In this document: positions 25,028 through 30,559 of the stretch, piece after piece | How the letters are laid out: the number at the start of each line of letters is the position of its first letter | Position numbering within the stretch: position 1 is the first letter of the stretch | Source of the DNA: a virus | Lineage: Duplodnaviria; Caudoviricetes | DNA: 30,559 nt | IMG/VR virus record: IMGVR_UViG_3300017778_002569 | Coordinates: 1 to 30,559 of that record | Strand: one strand, 5' to 3' | The notes under the pieces: model-generated | What the model was told of the DNA's origin: nothing | Databases searched by the model: none | Seen by the model: the letters and a program-made list of their open reading frames with translations, nothing else | Translations under genes and position numbers: made by a program

Positions 25028-25384
25028 ATGCATATTGTAATAGGTACAGAAAATGTACAAAAAATTCAAGACAACTACACAGTATTGGAATTAGACACTG
25101 TGCGATTCTCTCCCGATACAGATCCTGTCACAGCATACTGCATTGTAGAAAAAATGTCTGTTGAAGAAATGTTCACAGTTGACCGCTATCGAGAACTACA
25201 TCAAAATCTCATGCGAAATTATCGACTGGCCAATTGGAAGTTCTGCAAAGATGCATTAGAACATCTACAAGGGCGTTGGTCCGGCGAACTGGATAGTTTT
25301 TATCAAAGTCTTGCGCAACGAATTGAGCAATACCAAACAAAACAAGTTGATCAGGCCTGGGACGGTGTAGTAGACCGTTGCTGA
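25028..25384 (+). CDS. Hypothetical protein (118 aa)
   Basis: SD AAGGA; YTVLELDT and WDGV motifs. Confidence 0.7.
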   Translation: MHIVIGTENVQKIQDNYTVLELDTVRFSPDTDPVTAYCIVEKMSVEEMFTVDRYRELHQNLMRNYRLANWKFCKDALEHLQGRWSGELDSFYQSLAQRIEQYQTKQVDQAWDGVVDRC

Positions 25385-26673
25385 CACCATTGCAAAATTC
25401 TTGTTAGATCTTTTCTAGAAATACCAAGTTCCTCAGCAATAATGCTATTGCTTAATGAAGTTCGTGTGTGCCGCTCTTTCAACCAATTTTGCCCATTGCA
25501 ATGTTGTTGATGCACTTGCGCTTGCGCAGACATTAGATTGTCCCATAACTCATTTTTTACTTGATCAGCAAACTCTGCACTAAAAAAGTGTCTACGATTG
25601 TGTTGACAAATTTTTAACATTTCAGTTTGCTGTTGGTGTCTTGCGTGTGGCGACAACTTGCTAATACCAATCATAACATCAACAATGGCTTCTAACCGTT
25701 TCAACGGGTCAACTACTGTATCATAACTTTCATCAATAATATTATTAAAGGTTTTAAATCCATAACTTCTGAGATATTCCAGGCTACCATGAGTAGCAGC
25801 CAAGATAAAAGGTTTGCCACATGCAATTGGACGCAGTATTTTTTCAGTCAAATACAACCTATCATCATCAAATAAGGTTTCTAGCACCACGTCAATTGCA
25901 CACTGCGTGTAATGCTCAATATCATAACTTGCGCTACTGTGACTTGAAATAGTCACCGAGTGGAATTGACTCAAATCGTGCACTCGAAAGTCTTGATTAT
26001 TGTATTGATGTTGTGTATAATGAACATTGTCAGTATCGCAAAAACTAGTTCTAGAACAATTGTCTAGATTACGGTCAATTAACATTTCTAAAAATTTAAG
26101 TCGATATTCGCGGGTGCCGTCCCAGGCCCGCGAATATATGTTAAAGTTATATTGATATTCGGTATGAGACGAGTTGAGTCTAGGATCATGTTCAGCAAAT
26201 CTGTACCAGTCTCGAGCTATCATGGCATGACTCCACCAGTAAGCTGGGACAAAATTTTGTTGGGTGTATTTGTCTAAGTTTGACGATCGTTGCTCAGTGT
26301 GCAATAAAATGCAACAATCATTCATGGTTGCAGGCACAACTGATGCAAGATTTAATTTAGATAAGTGTTCCCAGAATTCTTGTGTTGCATGTTCTGTTCG
26401 GTATTTGGGAATGTTTGGCCACTGAACAGAACATAAAGATTGAAGTTGCTGCCAGTTGAGATTGTCATAACGGGCATGATCAAGTGGTTCTTGATCATAA
26501 CAAATTACCGGAACAAGATGCATGTTGTCGATCCAACTACGTTGTGCATGCCTTGTATCGCTTTGATCAAGGCATTCAAGATTTTTAGACCCATGGGGAT
26601 AAAAGCGATAAATTAATAGATCGTGGGAAATTCCACTTATCCAGTCATACAAATTATCTATAGGAATATGCAT
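25351..26673 (-). CDS. Hypothetical protein, glycosyltransferase-like (GT-B-type C-terminal motif)
   Basis: The only long minus-strand ORF (440 aa). VVLET...YLTEKILRPIACGKPFI resembles the E..Y.TEK donor-binding motif of GT10-like enzymes. Confidence 0.6.
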   Translation of the reverse strand: MHIPIDNLYDWISGISHDLLIYRFYPHGSKNLECLDQSDTRHAQRSWIDNMHLVPVICYDQEPLDHARYDNLNWQQLQSLCSVQWPNIPKYRTEHATQEFWEHLSKLNLASVVPATMNDCCILLHTEQRSSNLDKYTQQNFVPAYWWSHAMIARDWYRFAEHDPRLNSSHTEYQYNFNIYSRAWDGTREYRLKFLEMLIDRNLDNCSRTSFCDTDNVHYTQHQYNNQDFRVHDLSQFHSVTISSHSSASYDIEHYTQCAIDVVLETLFDDDRLYLTEKILRPIACGKPFILAATHGSLEYLRSYGFKTFNNIIDESYDTVVDPLKRLEAIVDVMIGISKLSPHARHQQQTEMLKICQHNRRHFFSAEFADQVKNELWDNLMSAQAQVHQQHCNGQNWLKERHTRTSLSNSIIAEELGISRKDLTRILQWCQQRSTTPSQA

Positions 26674-26675
26674 AT

Positions 26676-27911
26676 ATGAAAATCGGTTTTATTGGTTTAG
26701 GCAAATTAGGTCTAGATTGTGCGGAAGTGTTTGCAGAAAAACATACTGTGTTTGGGTTTGATATTTACCCACGTACCAGTGAGTCAGTTAAAGTTTGCAG
26801 TATTGAAGAAACTGTAAACCAAAGCGAGTGGATCTTTATTGCAGTTCCTACCCCGCATGAAGAAGGATATGATGGCAGCGTCCCAAGCAGCCACATGACT
26901 CCAAAAGATTTTGGGCATGATGCTGTGCTTGAAGCAATTGACAATGTAAACAAACACGCAACTGGTTCTAAAAAAGTTGTGTTGATTTCTACAGTACTGC
27001 CCGGAACCACTCGACGCAAGTTTATTACTCAGTTGGATAAAAAGCACCAATTTCTATATAACCCTTACTTGATTGCCATGGGCTCAGTGAAGTGGGATAT
27101 GGTTAATCCTGAGATGATCATGATTGGCACAGAAGATGGTAACCCCAACGCCCTGGCCAATGAGCTTGTGGAACTCTACAAGACTATCATGCAAAACAAC
27201 CCACGCTACGAAATTGGCACCTGGGATGAGTGTGAAGCCATCAAAATCTTCTACAACACATTTATTTCGGCCAAGGTGGGACTTGCCAACATGATTCAGG
27301 ACTTTGCACTAAAGATTGGTAACATCAATGTTGATGTTGTTACCAATGCTCTAGCACGTAGTACTATGCGCATCATGGGCCCTAAGTACATGACAGCTGG
27401 CATGGGCGATGCAGGTGCATGTCATCCACGTGACAACATTGCACTGAGATGGTTAGCAAAAGAGTATGACATTGGTTATGATTTGTTTGATACTATCATG
27501 CATGCTCGAGAAATTCAAGCTCGTAATCTTGCCAAGTTTTTAGTTGATCATGCCAAACAGCGTGGTATGAGTGTGGTAATTCACGGCAAGGCATACAAGC
27601 CAGACTTGCCTTATTGCATTGGATCATACTCCACCTTGGTTGGTCATTATGTCAAACAACTGGGGTTCAACATTAGATATGTGGACCCACTAGCAGATGA
27701 TACAACAGAAGTAGTATCTGAACTTATTGGACCCTGTGTTATTTTATGGGCACACGATCGACAAATCACATATGAGTACACCGGTGAACAAACCAAAACT
27801 CAAGCATATTGTGAAATCCCCAAGGGATCCGTAATTGTTGATCCATGGCGCAAACTTCCTAGCACTGAACAACAACAAGTAATTCATTATGGCAACACCC
27901 GTGGTTGTTAA
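26676..27911 (+). CDS. UDP-glucose/GDP-mannose dehydrogenase family protein
   Basis: GFIGLGKLG Rossmann motif, IAVPTP, STVLPGTT, EAIKIFYN, GDAGACHPRD catalytic Cys and AYKPD. Confidence 0.9.
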   Translation: MKIGFIGLGKLGLDCAEVFAEKHTVFGFDIYPRTSESVKVCSIEETVNQSEWIFIAVPTPHEEGYDGSVPSSHMTPKDFGHDAVLEAIDNVNKHATGSKKVVLISTVLPGTTRRKFITQLDKKHQFLYNPYLIAMGSVKWDMVNPEMIMIGTEDGNPNALANELVELYKTIMQNNPRYEIGTWDECEAIKIFYNTFISAKVGLANMIQDFALKIGNINVDVVTNALARSTMRIMGPKYMTAGMGDAGACHPRDNIALRWLAKEYDIGYDLFDTIMHAREIQARNLAKFLVDHAKQRGMSVVIHGKAYKPDLPYCIGSYSTLVGHYVKQLGFNIRYVDPLADDTTEVVSELIGPCVILWAHDRQITYEYTGEQTKTQAYCEIPKGSVIVDPWRKLPSTEQQQVIHYGNTRGC

Positions 27912-28407
27912 GTATCACATTGACCCATTTTGGGATCATGAGTTCAAGACATTGGACTATATCTATGAACCTTTCAACGATCCTGAAAGTGTAAACACAT
28001 GGATCAGTCAAGGGTATCAAAGCAAGATTACAGGCGGCATGGCTGACATGCGACATCGACTTCCCAAGTGGAGTGATAGTTTTATTAAAATTTACAACGA
28101 GATGGGCTGGAAAGATGTTGGGTTGTCTTTTTATCGAATGACAACAGGTACAGTGATGCCAGTTCACAGAGATCTTTATAAACGATACATTAGTTTGTTT
28201 GATCTTGCAGGCAAAGAACACACAGTGCGACGTGCACTAGTATTGCTAGAAAATTGGCAATCAGGGCATTATTTAGAAGTGCAAGGTCAACCTTATGTTA
28301 ATTGGCGTGCCGGGGATGTGGTCGAATGGGTATATGATGCTCCACATTCAGCTGCCAACATAGGATTGCAAGATCGTTACACACTGCAAATTACTGGACA
28401 CGCATGA
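27889..28407 (+). CDS. Putative 2OG-Fe(II)/cupin hydroxylase-like protein
   Basis: MPVHRD (HxD) ... PHSAAN ... RYTLQI pattern. Confidence 0.6.
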   Translation: MATPVVVKYHIDPFWDHEFKTLDYIYEPFNDPESVNTWISQGYQSKITGGMADMRHRLPKWSDSFIKIYNEMGWKDVGLSFYRMTTGTVMPVHRDLYKRYISLFDLAGKEHTVRRALVLLENWQSGHYLEVQGQPYVNWRAGDVVEWVYDAPHSAANIGLQDRYTLQITGHA

Positions 28408-29318
28408 TTTTTACAGCCAATGAATGGGATCCGTTAAAGCGAATTGTAGTAGGTGACACCACACATGCCAATTGGCCTGTGCATGATCCTGTATTTGGAC
28501 AAGAAAGCCAAAAAACATTGTGGAAAGAAACGCCAGTGCCATCGGGCCCAGTGCCACAGTGGATCATAGATGAAACCAACGAAGATTTACAAGTATTAGC
28601 GGATACATTAACACAGCTTGGCGTTGAAGTTATTCGCCCGAGTACGTTTAATTTCCAAGCACATGATGGCATGTACAACTATTGCCCACGTGATCGTTTG
28701 TTGGTATATGGTGACAATATTATAGATACTGCCATGATGTATCCATGCAGGGATATGGAACTGCAATGCTATCACGAAATAATTCAAGAAGCTAAAACAT
28801 TTGTGTCTATGCCCAGAGATCGTGGCATTGTTTTAGATGCCGCAAACATTTTGAGATTAAATGATACTTTGTTAATGTTAGAATCTAGTTCAGGTAACAA
28901 AGAAGCCCACGAGTGGTTGATTGATACGTTTGTTGACACCAATATAGAACGCTGTAATTTTTATGCTGGGGTGCATATTGACTCAACTGTTGTGGCCTTG
29001 CGTGATGGCCTTGTTATGCTCAACTCCAGTAGAGTCAAACCTGAATTAGTGCCTAAGGTTTTTGAAAAATGGGAAAAAATTTGGATCGATGATGTAGTAG
29101 CACAATCATTCCATGAATATCCCTATGCATCTAAATGGATTGCTATGAATATGTTGAGCATTGATCCACATACTGTTATTGTAGACAAGCATCAAACTGA
29201 TATAATACAAACACTAGAACGTAGAAATTTCACAGTGATTCCTTTAGAGTTGCGTCATAGCCGTACACTAGGTGGTGGATTTCATTGTGTTACCTTGGAC
29301 TTGTTGCGACAAGCATGA
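28404..29318 (+). CDS. Amidinotransferase (glycine/inosamine-phosphate amidinotransferase family)
   Basis: NEWDPLKRIVVG, CPRD, LDAAN, HIDST and C-terminal LGGGFHCVTLD (catalytic D-H-C). Confidence 0.9.
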   Translation: MIFTANEWDPLKRIVVGDTTHANWPVHDPVFGQESQKTLWKETPVPSGPVPQWIIDETNEDLQVLADTLTQLGVEVIRPSTFNFQAHDGMYNYCPRDRLLVYGDNIIDTAMMYPCRDMELQCYHEIIQEAKTFVSMPRDRGIVLDAANILRLNDTLLMLESSSGNKEAHEWLIDTFVDTNIERCNFYAGVHIDSTVVALRDGLVMLNSSRVKPELVPKVFEKWEKIWIDDVVAQSFHEYPYASKWIAMNMLSIDPHTVIVDKHQTDIIQTLERRNFTVIPLELRHSRTLGGGFHCVTLDLLRQA

Positions 29319-29848
29319 ACTTAACTTGGGTATTTGCTAGTAGTTACATTCTGGATCCTGTTATCGACAATGACCAAATAAAAAACATTGGCAGCACTTG
29401 GGGATCATGGAGTACGTGGCGCACTTGTGGCACAGATAATGTGATATGTCATGACAAAAAAAAAGCACAAGAACTTGTAGATCGTTCTTTTCAAAATTCC
29501 TGTAATTTTTTTGTGAGTCAAAGTTTTGCTCAAGAATTAAAAAATGCATCTGGAGTTAAAATATATGATAGCAATTTTGAACAGGTGTTGCCCAACATAG
29601 AAGACATTATTGCTATGCATTTGGCAGCAAGCTCTAGTGATGTAGTATTGCTTGTGGGGTTTGATCTGGCACCACCTTCTACATCAAATGACCAAATTTA
29701 CCATGGGTTGGCAATTGGGACCTTTAAAAGCTATCCGGAAACACAATGGGTTTTGGTCGATCACTTGACCGAATTAGCAAAACCCTATCAAAAACTATCT
29801 AATCTCACTTGCGACATAATGAAAAATGTGTTACAATTACAACTGTAA
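29315..29848 (+). CDS. Hypothetical protein, possible Maf/DUF115-like glycosyltransferase-related fold
   Basis: ATGA overlap at 29315; AMHLAA...VVLLVGFDL motif. Confidence 0.5.
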   Translation: MNLTWVFASSYILDPVIDNDQIKNIGSTWGSWSTWRTCGTDNVICHDKKKAQELVDRSFQNSCNFFVSQSFAQELKNASGVKIYDSNFEQVLPNIEDIIAMHLAASSSDVVLLVGFDLAPPSTSNDQIYHGLAIGTFKSYPETQWVLVDHLTELAKPYQKLSNLTCDIMKNVLQLQL

Positions 29849-29868
29849 ATGCATCACAAGGATTACTA

Positions 29869-30559
29869 ATGACCAAGCGAATAGGGTTTTGTTGCAAGTG
29901 GCTCAATGACCCTTCAGAATGTGGCGGCATGAAAGTCAATGCAGTAGACCGTGATCTAAACGGCAGATCAACTACCATGAGGTGGCTTCGCGAACATGCT
30001 GACGAAGCAGACCAGCGCCAATGGGATATCATGAATCACAATGCGTCAGCGGCTGTGAAAATGATTGAACGTGTGGCCACCTTGCCCGAAGGCCGTAGAA
30101 TGGTACGTCTGGGCAGTGAAATGCTACAGGGCTATACTGAGCCCAACTGGATTGCATGGTGGCAACGGCAAGAAATACAAGATCATTGTGCTCGAATCTT
30201 TGCCCCTATTGGTGAAACCGCACGTAAATACGATGTACGTTTGAGCTTTCATCCTGGCCAATTTTGTGTACTAGCAAGCGAAGCAGATGAAATTGTAGAA
30301 CGTTCAATACTAGAATTTGAATATCACGCTGATATGGCACGTTGGATGGGCTATGGCAATACCTGGCACGACAACGGGTTTAAGATCAACGTACACTTGA
30401 GCGGTAAAGGTGGAGCCGCTAAATTCTTGCGTACCTTGGGTAGACTCAGTCCTGAAGCAAGAAACTTAATTACCATCGAGAATGATGAGATGACAAATGG
30501 ACTTGACACTACTTTGGCTGTGGCTCAGCATGTGGCTCTTGTATTGGACCTACACCACC
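29869..30559 (+). CDS. uvsE: UV-damage endonuclease UvsE/UVDE (3'-truncated by window end)
   Basis: MTKRIGFCCK, VRLGSE, RLSFHPGQFCVLAS, INVHLSG, TIENDE and VLDLHH; open to the end of the window. Confidence 0.92.
   Translation, partial: MTKRIGFCCKWLNDPSECGGMKVNAVDRDLNGRSTTMRWLREHADEADQRQWDIMNHNASAAVKMIERVATLPEGRRMVRLGSEMLQGYTEPNWIAWWQRQEIQDHCARIFAPIGETARKYDVRLSFHPGQFCVLASEADEIVERSILEFEYHADMARWMGYGNTWHDNGFKINVHLSGKGGAAKFLRTLGRLSPEARNLITIENDEMTNGLDTTLAVAQHVALVLDLHH

Noticed and set aside
1-30559. Stop-codon reassignment
   Set aside because: Known genes are full length in the standard code, and TAA, TGA and TAG all end plausible genes.

Overview
This window looks like part of a large lytic dsDNA tailed-phage genome (T4-like, myovirus-style transcription; standard genetic code). 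It is gene-dense and almost entirely on the + strand; a proteobacterial host is inferred from the IscU/IscA/ClpX/NrdAB sequence types. It holds late/virion genes, an iscU-ORF-iscA Fe-S module, a PD-(D/E)xK nuclease and a beta-helix tail protein. It also holds class Ia nrdA-nrdB-glutaredoxin, a PAAR spike followed by a 1085-aa protein with a C-terminal subtilisin domain, and a stand-alone DUF4214/S-layer-like gene. Further on are small ORFs behind repeated sigma70-type promoters, ATP-dependent DNA ligase, a radical SAM enzyme, a proteostasis module (ClpX, Hsp20, ClpS), a sugar-modification cluster (nucleotide-sugar dehydrogenase, 2OG-Fe-like protein, amidinotransferase, two GT-like ORFs) and a truncated UvsE. 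Two promoter classes are visible: TTGACA-N17-TATAAT-like and a late-type NTAAATA. The most notable unexplained signals are an ORF-free, base-paired ~240-nt candidate ncRNA behind a perfect sigma70 promoter (~20694-20940), a ROSE-like thermometer on hsp20, the PAAR/protease-fusion/S-layer-like trio and the amidinotransferase-glycan cluster. All calls come from reading motifs by eye; no searches were run.
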